Origin: Cereibacter sphaeroides 2.4.1
GTDB taxonomy: Bacteria > Pseudomonadota > Alphaproteobacteria > Rhodobacterales > Rhodobacteraceae
Assembly: GCF_000012905.2 (NCBI RefSeq)
Contig: NC_007493.2
Location: 2,190,001 to 2,222,000, forward strand
DNA: 32,000 nt
Direction of reading: 5' to 3'
This document shows positions 7,752 to 15,090 of the stretch, one piece after another; position 1 is the first letter of the stretch; every line of letters starts with the position of its first letter. A program made the translations under genes and the position numbers. The notes under the pieces were generated by a model that was not told where the DNA came from, did not search any database, and worked only from the letters and a program-made list of their open reading frames with translations.

Positions 7752-7873
7752 GGCCGCCACATCCGACGGGATCGGACAGACGCGCCTGCGCATCCCTCAA
7801 GGAAGCGCGGGGGCCGCTGACCTGAGCCTCCTCCGGAAGGCCGCCAAGTTGCATGGGATCGGACAGACGCGCC
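7752..7873. repeat. Two copies of a 35-nt direct repeat (period 87 bp) in a 438-bp spacer; function unknown
   Basis: The unit is GGCCGCC-N9-GGGATCGGACAGACGCGCC, at 7752-7786 and 7839-7873. The 19-mer core is identical in both copies (7768-7786 and 7855-7873), and 29 of 35 positions match overall. Confidence 0.8.
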
Positions 7874-8066
7874 CCTTCACGAGACCGAAAGGCCCGAAGT
7901 GCATCTCCGTCGAGGCGCAGGGAGCGGCCTTCACCCGGCTTCGCGGAAGGCATTCCCGGCCGCCCTGCCCCATGTCCGCGGCCAAGACCCAGCGCCGGCG
8001 GTAGCCCCGTGCCCCGAAGCCCTCGCTTGACGTGAGGGCAAACTGCCGGCGCCGCGCACGGCGATC

Positions 8067-8954
8067 TCAGAGCACCACAATGCCGTTGTGCTTGGCCTTG
8101 TGCTCGGGCTCGACATGGATGCTCACGCGGCTGTGCGGGATCAGCCGGTGCAGGGCGCTTTCGATCCGGTCGCAGATGTCGTGCGCCGCAGCGACCGTGG
8201 TCTCGCCCGTCACCACGAGGTGGAAGTCGATGAAGGTCGCCTGCCCCGCGTGACGGGTCCGCAGGTCATGCGCCTCGACCGCCCCCACCGCCTCCTGCGA
8301 GATCACCTCGCGCACGCGCACCAGCACCTCGTCCGAGACGGATTCGTCCATCAGCCCGCTCACCGAGGAGGAGACGACCACCCAGCCCGACCAGAGGACG
8401 TTGACCGCCACCAGAGCCGCCAGCGCCGGATCGAGCCACGGCCAGCCCGTGAAGATCGCAGCCAGCACACCCACGGTCACCCCGATCGACGAGACCACGT
8501 CGGCCAGCAGGTGCCGCCCGTCGGCCATCAGGGCAGGCGAGCGCAGCCGCCGCCCACGCGAGATCAGGATCCAGCTCCAGAAGGCATTGAGGAGGGTGGC
8601 CGAGCCATTCACCAGAAGCCCCTCGACAGGCGCGACCAGCGGCTTCGGATCGAGAAACCCGAGCGTCGCCTCGCGCAGGATCAGGAGCGCCGCCACGATG
8701 ATCATGGCCCCTTCGAGCACCGCACTCAGGAACTCGGCCTTGTGATGGCCGTAGGGATGGTTGGCATCGGCCGGAATGGCCGCCACCCGGATCGCCACCA
8801 GCGCCACGCCCGCCGCAGCCACGTTCACGATGCTCTCCATCGCATCCGACAGGAGCGCGATCGAGCCCGTCATCCACCAGGCCAGCGCCTTGAGGCCGAG
8901 CACGACCACCCCGACGATCAGACTTCCCACCGCGAGCTTGAGGGTCTGGGACAT
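8067..8954 (-). CDS. Cation diffusion facilitator (CDF) family divalent-metal exporter (FieF/YiiP-like)
   Basis: The 295-aa product has six TM segments, LLSDAMESIVN (TM2 metal site), ADANHPYGHHKAEF, and a C-terminal cytoplasmic domain with H/E/D residues (...HDLRTRHAG...IHVEPEH). Confidence 0.9.
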   Translation of the reverse strand: MSQTLKLAVGSLIVGVVVLGLKALAWWMTGSIALLSDAMESIVNVAAAGVALVAIRVAAIPADANHPYGHHKAEFLSAVLEGAMIIVAALLILREATLGFLDPKPLVAPVEGLLVNGSATLLNAFWSWILISRGRRLRSPALMADGRHLLADVVSSIGVTVGVLAAIFTGWPWLDPALAALVAVNVLWSGWVVVSSSVSGLMDESVSDEVLVRVREVISQEAVGAVEAHDLRTRHAGQATFIDFHLVVTGETTVAAAHDICDRIESALHRLIPHSRVSIHVEPEHKAKHNGIVVL

Positions 8955-8998
8955 GGGCCGGCTCCGGAGGGCTGAAGGGCGCGACAGCCTGAACGAAC

Positions 8999-9023
8999 GC
9001 GGCCGCCTTTTCGAGGCGGCCGC
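8999..9023 (-). terminator. Hairpin downstream of ubiV (candidate intrinsic terminator or attenuator ahead of the CDF gene)
   Basis: GCGGCCGCC-TTTTCGA-GGCGGCCGC is a perfect 9-bp stem. On the minus-strand RNA it is followed by GUUCGUUCAGG. Only about 45 nt separate it from the CDF ATG, so read-through into the CDF gene is possible. Confidence 0.45.
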
Positions 9024-9084
9024 TCTAGCAGGATTCGGGCAGATCAGGCAAGCACCTGATTTGACTTGAGAATGTCTCGCAATC

Positions 9085-9981
9085 TCAGGCGTCTATCCAT
9101 TCGGCGCCCGCGCGGGCATGCAGATAGCCGTTGGCCAGCTGCCCCCCCGGCGCCACGGCCCGCGCCGCGGCCTCGAGATCCTCCGTCGCCCCCCCTGCCG
9201 CGATGGCGGCGTCAAAGGCCCGGGCAAGCGCCACCATGTCGCCGGTGTGGGGCGAGAGGCGCAGCGCCGAGACGCCGGCCGCCAGCAGATCGGGGATCTC
9301 GCGGCCCGCGAAGGAGGTCGCGCAGGAGAGTGTCTGCACCCCGTTCACCGCGAGGAACCGCTCGCCATCGAGCGTGTCCACTTCGCGCCCGTCGGGGTCT
9401 GCGTTGCAGATGAACTGGCAGCTGTCCTTGATCCGGTCGTGCAGCCGCGCATGGTAGCAGCGCCCCGAGATCGCCAGCGGCTGGCGACCGAAGCCCCAGA
9501 CCTCGACCGCCACGCCCCGCTCCTTGCCGGCCCGCGCGAGGGTTTCGACCGACTCCATCGGCAGCTCGTTCGGCAGACAGATGCGCCTGGCCCCGCGCGA
9601 GGCGAGCCAGTCGAGCGTGCCCACGTTGTAGCAGTTGATGAGCGGGCTGACCGAGAAGGCCGCGCCCTCTGGAATGTAGGCCAGCGCCGTCAGGTCGGCG
9701 ATCTCGATACCCGCGCCCGCGTCGATCAGCTCTTCGGTCAAGGACCGCTCGCGCTTCAGCGTGACGAGGGCCAGCGACGAGAGCCAGACCTCCTTGCCCG
9801 CCGCGCGCAGCCGCTCGACCGCGACCGGGATCTCGCCCTGCCAGAAGGGCAGCCGCTTCGAGCAGACGACCTCGCCCAGCACGACGCGGGCAACGGGCGC
9901 CTCGTCGGCGATCCGCGCGTAGAAGTCGCGCACGCGTTCGGCTTCCCAGAAGAAGAGGTTCGGTCCGAGTGTGAGATCCAT
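9085..9981 (-). CDS. ubiV: U32-family protein UbiV (O2-independent ubiquinone hydroxylation, Fe-S subunit)
   Basis: The 298-aa product starts MDLTLGPNLFFWEAERVRDFY... It has a Cys pattern VVCSK ... GRCYHARLHDRIKDSCQFIC like E. coli YhbV/UbiV. The gene lies directly after ubiU (4-nt gap). Confidence 0.85.
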   Translation of the reverse strand: MDLTLGPNLFFWEAERVRDFYARIADEAPVARVVLGEVVCSKRLPFWQGEIPVAVERLRAAGKEVWLSSLALVTLKRERSLTEELIDAGAGIEIADLTALAYIPEGAAFSVSPLINCYNVGTLDWLASRGARRICLPNELPMESVETLARAGKERGVAVEVWGFGRQPLAISGRCYHARLHDRIKDSCQFICNADPDGREVDTLDGERFLAVNGVQTLSCATSFAGREIPDLLAAGVSALRLSPHTGDMVALARAFDAAIAAGGATEDLEAAARAVAPGGQLANGYLHARAGAEWIDA

Positions 9982-9985
9982 GGCC

Positions 9986-10966
9986 TTATCTCCAGGTCTT
10001 GGCATAGGCGCCCGTCGTGGTCGCCTGCCCCTCCGAGAGGGCGGCCAGCGCCCCCTGCGGCATGGGCTGGCCCGCGGCCAGCGCATCGACGGCGGCGCGG
10101 AAGCTGCGCACCACCTGCGCGACATAGGACCGCGAGCGCTGCCGCCCCTCGATCTTCAGCGCGGTGACGCCCGCCTTGGCGAGCTGGGGCAGGATGTCCT
10201 GCGCGTTGAGGCTGACCGCATCCTCGAAGATGTGGCCCACCTGATCGCCCGAGGTGAAGCAGCCCTTGCAGAGCGTCGGATAGGGCGCGGGCTGATCCTT
10301 GCCCACGCGGTGGATGGTGAACTCGCCGAGGCGCGCGGCGAGCTCGTCGCCCTCCTCGACATATTGCACCTCGGTCGCGGGCGAGCAGACGCCGTTCATG
10401 TTGGGCGACTTGCCGGTGGCATAGGACGAGAGCGAGCAGCGCCCCTCGGCCATGACGCAGAGACCGCCGAAGACGAAGACCTCGGTCTCGACCTCGGGCG
10501 TCTCCTTGTTGATCGCGGCGATCTCGGCCACGGTCAGCACACGCGGCAGCACCACGCGCTTCACGCCGAACTCGCGGCTGTAGAAGTTGATGACATCCGG
10601 GTTGGCTGCCGCCGCCTGCACCGAGAGGTGCCGCCGCAGGTTCAGATGGTTCTTCGCGGCATAGGCCAGAAGCCCCATGTCGGCGAGGATCACCGCATCT
10701 GCGCCCGCGGCTTCGGCTGCGGCGATGTTGCGATGCCAGAGCGACTCGTCTCCCGCCCGCGGAAAGGTGTTGATCGCGACCAGAACATGCGCGCCATGCT
10801 TGTGGGCGAAGGCCACGCCCTCGGCCAGTTCCTTCGGCGAGAAGTTCAGGCCGGGGAAGTTGCGGGCATTCGTCTCGTCGGCAAAGCCGCAATAGACGGA
10901 ATGGGCACCGGCTTCCACGGCGGCGCGCAGCGCGGCAGGGGTGCCGGCAGGGCAGACGAGTTCCAT
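9986..10966 (-). CDS. ubiU: U32-family protein UbiU (O2-independent ubiquinone hydroxylation, Fe-S subunit)
   Basis: The 326-aa product starts MELVCPAGTPAALRAAVEAGAHSVYCGF.. and contains GGLCVMAEGRCSLSSY..GVCSP..LCKGCF plus ALKIEGRQRS, as in YhbU/UbiU. Its ATG overlaps the ubiT stop (ATGA). Confidence 0.85.
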   Translation of the reverse strand: MELVCPAGTPAALRAAVEAGAHSVYCGFADETNARNFPGLNFSPKELAEGVAFAHKHGAHVLVAINTFPRAGDESLWHRNIAAAEAAGADAVILADMGLLAYAAKNHLNLRRHLSVQAAAANPDVINFYSREFGVKRVVLPRVLTVAEIAAINKETPEVETEVFVFGGLCVMAEGRCSLSSYATGKSPNMNGVCSPATEVQYVEEGDELAARLGEFTIHRVGKDQPAPYPTLCKGCFTSGDQVGHIFEDAVSLNAQDILPQLAKAGVTALKIEGRQRSRSYVAQVVRSFRAAVDALAAGQPMPQGALAALSEGQATTTGAYAKTWR

Positions 10967-11490
10967 CAGATCACTCCCGAGGCGCGGCGCAGGGCCACGC
11001 CGGTTTGACGTTCAAGGGCGGCCGCGATGGGGGCCAGGGCGCGCGCAAGCGGCGGCGCCACATGCTGGATCTCCTCCAGCAGGTCGAGTTCGGCATTGTC
11101 GATGGCGTTGCGCAGCGCCAGCGCCGCCGCCGTGTCGCCCGCGATCACGAGATCACGCGAGAAGAAGAGCGCGTCTCCGTCCACCGCCCCGTGCACCAGC
11201 GCGAGCAGCGCCGAGAGCTTGCCCGCGATGCGGCAATCGGCGCCCGAGGCGTCCTTCTGCAGCCGGATGCGTGGCTGTCCCGCAGGCAGGGTGAGGATCA
11301 TCACCACCGGCAGGTCGGTCGGGTCGAGCGCAAAGCTCGCATTCACATGCGTGCCCAGCCTTCCGACGATCTCGGGGTGGCGGGCGGCGATGCGGCGGGC
11401 GAGCAGCGTCAGCGCGACGGAGGCCGGCGGCTTCGGCAAAAGCCCCACCAGCCGCGAAAGCGGCGGGGCGAGCGTGGGCAGACTGGTCAT
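10966..11490 (-). CDS. ubiT: SCP2-domain lipid-binding accessory factor UbiT
   Basis: The 174-aa product contains ...GKLSALLALVHGAVDGDALFFSRDLVIAGDTAAALALRNAIDNAELD.., the SCP2/YhbT signature. It is the first gene of the ubiT-U-V operon. Confidence 0.8.
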   Translation of the reverse strand: MTSLPTLAPPLSRLVGLLPKPPASVALTLLARRIAARHPEIVGRLGTHVNASFALDPTDLPVVMILTLPAGQPRIRLQKDASGADCRIAGKLSALLALVHGAVDGDALFFSRDLVIAGDTAAALALRNAIDNAELDLLEEIQHVAPPLARALAPIAAALERQTGVALRRASGVI

Positions 11491-11548
11491 GGCACACCTG
11501 TTCCGATCGGATCGGGGTCCGCTCTAACATCCATGCCGCAGGACCATA

Positions 11549-11562
11549 TTGATGTAGGTCAA
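11549..11562. promoter_or_regulatory. FNR/FnrL-type box in the ubiTUV / ubiDX divergent intergenic region
   Basis: TTGAT-GTAG-GTCAA matches the consensus at 9/10 positions. Its centre is 59.5 nt from the ubiD ATG (11615) and 65.5 nt from the ubiT ATG (11490). Confidence 0.55.
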
Positions 11563-11614
11563 GCCATTGACCCGGCTCGGCTGCTAGGCCCCGAGGCCAG
11601 ACATGTGAGGTTTC

Positions 11615-13108
11615 ATGCGCAGCCTGCCCATCTTCCCGGATCTCCGGGCCTTTCTCGACTGGTGCGCCCGAAAGGGCGACCTCTCCCGGATCGCCGAGCC
11701 GGTCTCGCTGCGGCATGAAACCACAGCCGTGGCCTCGAAGATCCTGCGCGGCGGCGGCCCCGTGCTGCGGTTCGAGAGCCTGCGCGACACCTCGGCCACC
11801 ATGCCGCTCGTGGCCAACCTCTTCGGCACGCGCGAGCGGGTGGCGGCGGGTCTCGGCCTCGGGCTCGAGCAGATCCCCGAGCTCGGCGCCTTCCTCGCCG
11901 CCCTGCGAGCCCCTGCTCCGGTGGCGGGGATGCGCGACGCGCTCTCGCGCTGGCCGCAGCTTCAGGCCGCGCTGAACACGCGCGCGAAGATCGTGCGGTC
12001 GGCCGAGGCGCAGGAGGTGGTCCACGAGGGTGCCGCGGTCGATCTCGGCATGATCCCGGTGCCCACCTGCTGGCCGGGCGATGCGGGCCCTCTGGTGACA
12101 TGGCCCGTCGTGCTGACGCGGCCGCACGGCACCTCCGCCGAAGAGACGCTGCACTACAATGCCGGCGTCTACCGCGCGCAGGTGATCGGGCGCGACCGGC
12201 TCATCATGCGCTGGCTCGCCCATCGCGGCGGCGCCGGGCACTGCCGCAGCTGGATGCGTGCGGGCGAGCCGATGCCGGTGGCGCTGGCGCTCGGCTGCGA
12301 TCCGGCGCTCCTTCTGGCCGCGGCGCTGCCCCTCCCTGAGCAGGTGTCCGAGCTGACCTTCTCGGGCGTGCTCCGGGGCGCGCGGACGCCGCTGGTGGCG
12401 GGCCGCACCGTGCCGCTGATGGTGCCCGCCACCGCCGAGATCGTGGTCGAGGGCTGGGTCCACCCCGGCGACATGGCGCCCGAGGGCCCCTTCGGCGACC
12501 ACACCGGCTATTACAATTCGGTCGAGGATTTTCCCGTGCTGCGGGTCTCGGCCATCACCCACCGCAAGGATCCGCTTTACCTCACCACCCACACGGGCCG
12601 CCCGCCGGACGAGCCCTCGGTCATCGGCGAGGTCTTCAACGATCTCGCCATGCCGGTCTTCCGCCAGCAGATCCCCGAGGTGAAGGATCTCTACCTGCCC
12701 CCCGCCGCCTGCTCCTACCGCATCGCCATCGTCTCGATCGACAAGCGCTATCCCGGTCAGGCGCGGCGGGTGATGATGGCGCTCTGGGGGATGCTGGCGC
12801 AATTCTCCTACACCAAGATGGTGATCGTGGTGGATGAGGACATCAACCCGCGCGACTGGGACGATGTGGCCTGGGCGATGGCGACCCGGATGGACCCGTC
12901 GCGCGACGTGGTGCTGCTCGAGAAGACGCCGATGGATTACCTCGACTTCGCCTCGCCCGAGCCCGGCCTTGCCGGCAAGATCGGGATCGACGCCACCAAC
13001 AAGATCGGCCCCGAGACCCATCGCGAATGGGGCGAGGTCATGACGCAGTCGCCCGAGGCCGAAGCCTTCGCCGACCGGCTGATCGCGAAGCTGAGGATCG
13101 GAGCATGA
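11615..13108 (+). CDS. ubiD: UbiD-family prenyl-FMN-dependent decarboxylase (4-hydroxy-3-polyprenylbenzoate decarboxylase)
   Basis: The 497-aa product shows full-length similarity to UbiD: DLRAFLDWCARKGDL.RI..PV, GGPVLRFE, NAGVYR.QVIG, GPFGDHTGYY, and IGIDATNK near the C-terminus. Confidence 0.9.
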   Translation: MRSLPIFPDLRAFLDWCARKGDLSRIAEPVSLRHETTAVASKILRGGGPVLRFESLRDTSATMPLVANLFGTRERVAAGLGLGLEQIPELGAFLAALRAPAPVAGMRDALSRWPQLQAALNTRAKIVRSAEAQEVVHEGAAVDLGMIPVPTCWPGDAGPLVTWPVVLTRPHGTSAEETLHYNAGVYRAQVIGRDRLIMRWLAHRGGAGHCRSWMRAGEPMPVALALGCDPALLLAAALPLPEQVSELTFSGVLRGARTPLVAGRTVPLMVPATAEIVVEGWVHPGDMAPEGPFGDHTGYYNSVEDFPVLRVSAITHRKDPLYLTTHTGRPPDEPSVIGEVFNDLAMPVFRQQIPEVKDLYLPPAACSYRIAIVSIDKRYPGQARRVMMALWGMLAQFSYTKMVIVVDEDINPRDWDDVAWAMATRMDPSRDVVLLEKTPMDYLDFASPEPGLAGKIGIDATNKIGPETHREWGEVMTQSPEAEAFADRLIAKLRIGA

Positions 13109-13659
13109 GGGTCGTCCTCGGCGTCTCGGGCGCATCGGGCGCGGCGCTGGCCGCCGCCTGTGCGCGGCACCTGTCGGCTCTGGGGGCCGAGATCGACCTC
13201 GTGATCTCGAAGGCGGGCGAGCGGACGCTGGTCGAGGAGATCGGCCTCGAGGCGGCCGACGCGCTCCGCGCGCAGGCGACGCGGGTTCACGCCATCATGA
13301 ATGTGGGCGCGGCCATCGCCTCGGGCTCGGCGCCCGTGGCGGGGATGATCGTGGCCCCCTGCTCGATGCGCTCGCTTGCGGCCATCGCCCACGGGCTCGA
13401 CGACAACCTCCTGACCCGCGCGGCTTCGGTGCAGCTGAAGGAGCGGCGGCGGCTCGTGCTCCTCGCGCGCGAAAGCCCGCTGACGCTCGCGCACCTGCGC
13501 AACATGACGGCCGTCACCGAGATGGGCGGGATCGTGGCGCCGCCGGTGCCCGCCTTCTACCTCCGCCCCGAGAGCCTTGCGGCCGCCGTCGAGCAGATCG
13601 CGGCCCGCGCGGTGGACCTTCTGGGCCTCGGCCGCCCGCAGGCGCAGGCCTGGGAATAG
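13105..13659 (+). CDS. ubiX: Flavin prenyltransferase UbiX
   Basis: The 184-aa product contains MRVVLGVSGASGAALA..., MIVAPCSMRSLAAIAHGLDDNLLTRAA, VQLKERRRLVLLARESPL and NM..V...GGIV.PP.PAFY. Its ATG overlaps the ubiD TGA (ATGA at 13105-13108). Confidence 0.9.
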   Translation: MRVVLGVSGASGAALAAACARHLSALGAEIDLVISKAGERTLVEEIGLEAADALRAQATRVHAIMNVGAAIASGSAPVAGMIVAPCSMRSLAAIAHGLDDNLLTRAASVQLKERRRLVLLARESPLTLAHLRNMTAVTEMGGIVAPPVPAFYLRPESLAAAVEQIAARAVDLLGLGRPQAQAWE

Positions 13660-13758
13660 CCTCTCGGCGTCCGATCCCGGGGACCGGGACAAGCCGGGGA
13701 CGTCCGGGTCCTCACACCGCCCCGCGACGGCAGGCACATCCCTTCGGTGCCGGGCGCA

Positions 13759-13778
13759 GGGCCCGGCGAACCGGGCCC
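13759..13778. terminator. GC hairpin between convergent ubiX and lhgO
   Basis: GGGCCCGG-CGAA-CCGGGCCC is a perfect 8-bp stem. It lies 8 nt beyond the lhgO stop. There is no U-tract on either strand. Confidence 0.4.
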
Positions 13779-13786
13779 CTCGGGCT

Positions 13787-14977
13787 TCAGGCGAGCAGTT
13801 CGTCCACGATATGCTCGGCGATGGGCAGGGCCGAGGTCGCGGCCGGCGAGGGCGCGTTGCAGACATGGAGGGCGTGGCGCGTGCGCACGAAGACGAAATC
13901 GTCGATCATGCGACCGTCCGCCCCCACCGCCTGCGCCCGCACCCCCGCCCGGTAGGGCGCGAGATCCTGCAGCCGGATCCGGTCGCAGTATTTGTGCACC
14001 TTGCGGAGGTAGAGCTGGCGGACGAGCGAGGCGGACAATTCCTCCGCCGCAGCGCCCGCATTGCGCCGCATGAGCTTCCAGAAGCCCCTGTAGCTCAGGC
14101 TGTCGGCCAGATCCTTCACCGAGATGATGCCGTTCGTGTAGCCCTCGCGCGCCATGGCGAGCACGGCATTCGGCCCGACGGTGAAGCCCCCGTTCATCTT
14201 GCGCGTGAGATGGACGCCGAGGAAGGGCCGCGCCGGATCGGGCACCGGGTAGATCAGATGCTGCACCAGATCCTCGGGCTGGTTCTTGATCGCGAAATAT
14301 TCGCCGCGGAAGGGCACGATGCGGAAATCGAGGCTCGCCCCGAAGGCCCGCGCCAGCCGGTCGGCGTGAAGGCCGCCGCAGAACACCGCCTTGCCGGCCG
14401 AGATCTCGCCCGCCGTCGTCTCGAGCCGCACGCCCGCCTCGCTCTCGGCCCCGCCCGTCACTTCGGTGTCGAGCCGGATCTCGCCGCCCCGGTCGCGGAA
14501 GAGCTCGGCCATGCGCTCGGCCACGCGGCCGTAATCGACGATGCCGGTCGTGGGCGACAGAAGCGCGCCGACCGCCTTGATGTTGGGTTCGAGCCGCCGC
14601 GCCTCCTCGCCCGAGAGCCGCTCGATGACGATGCCGTTGGCCCGCGCGCGCGTCTCGAGCGTGCCCATCCGCTCGAGTTCGGCCGCGTCGGTGGCCACGA
14701 TCAGCTTGCCGCAGATGCGGTAGGGAATGCCGTGCTCGTCGCAGAACGCGCGGGTCGAGGAGACGCCGCGGGCGCAGAAGCGGGCCTTGTGGCTGCCCGG
14801 CGCATAATAGACGCCGGCATGGATCACGCCCGAGTTGCGGCCCGACTGGTGGCGGGCCACGGCGGGCTCCTTCTCGAGCACCGAGATCCGCGCGCCGGGA
14901 TGGAGGGACTGAAGGCGGAGGGCGGTGGCGAGGCCCACGATGCCGCCGCCGGTGATGACAAAATCGCTGCTGGTCAA
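13787..14977 (-). CDS. lhgO: L-2-hydroxyglutarate oxidase/dehydrogenase (FAD-dependent)
   Basis: The product aligns along its length with E. coli LhgO/YgaF as I recall it: DFVI.GGGI.G..TA..L, HQ.G.NSGVIHAGVYY.PGS.KA.FC, PFRGEYF, LIYP.PDPA.PFLGVHLTR, GVRAQAV and HVCNAPSPAATSA. I prefer the TTG start at 14977 (GGAGAC 6 nt upstream), which gives MTSSDFVITGGG. An ATG at 15007 is the alternative. Confidence 0.9.
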   Translation of the reverse strand: MTSSDFVITGGGIVGLATALRLQSLHPGARISVLEKEPAVARHQSGRNSGVIHAGVYYAPGSHKARFCARGVSSTRAFCDEHGIPYRICGKLIVATDAAELERMGTLETRARANGIVIERLSGEEARRLEPNIKAVGALLSPTTGIVDYGRVAERMAELFRDRGGEIRLDTEVTGGAESEAGVRLETTAGEISAGKAVFCGGLHADRLARAFGASLDFRIVPFRGEYFAIKNQPEDLVQHLIYPVPDPARPFLGVHLTRKMNGGFTVGPNAVLAMAREGYTNGIISVKDLADSLSYRGFWKLMRRNAGAAAEELSASLVRQLYLRKVHKYCDRIRLQDLAPYRAGVRAQAVGADGRMIDDFVFVRTRHALHVCNAPSPAATSALPIAEHIVDELLA

Positions 14978-15011
14978 ATGACTGTCTCCGAAATGGACGA
15001 TTCCCATTTCA

Positions 15012-15031
15012 GCGCAGGTTGCCCCCTGCGC
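15012..15031 (-). terminator. Hairpin between the kinase-fusion gene and lhgO
   Basis: GCGCAGG-TTGCCC-CCTGCGC is a perfect 7-bp stem, about 60 nt after the upstream stop (15091). On the RNA it is followed by UGAAAUGGGAAU. Confidence 0.4.
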
Positions 15032-15090
15032 ACAAGGCCCGATGCGCACCGCGCCGCGCGAGGACGGAAATTCATCCGGGAGGATGAGGC

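Noticed and set aside
7826-7842. A CCUCCUCC-containing hairpin loop reminiscent of CcsR/cuckoo-type anti-SD sRNAs.
   Set aside because: There is only one such loop, the stem is short (4 bp), and no flanking promoter or terminator was found. It is kept only as a note within the repeat finding.
11153-13135. A 660-aa minus-strand ORF opposite ubiD. The 524-aa ORF at 1534-3108 opposite DUF475 is a similar case.
   Set aside because: The same GC-artefact signature, and both conflict with well-supported genes.
15005-15007. An ATG giving a 10-codon longer LhgO (MGIVHFGDSH...).
   Set aside because: No SD precedes it, because the terminator-like hairpin ends 4 nt away. The TTG at 14977 has a GGAGAC SD and yields the canonical short N-terminus before the GGG dinucleotide-binding motif. 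It is kept as an alternative.
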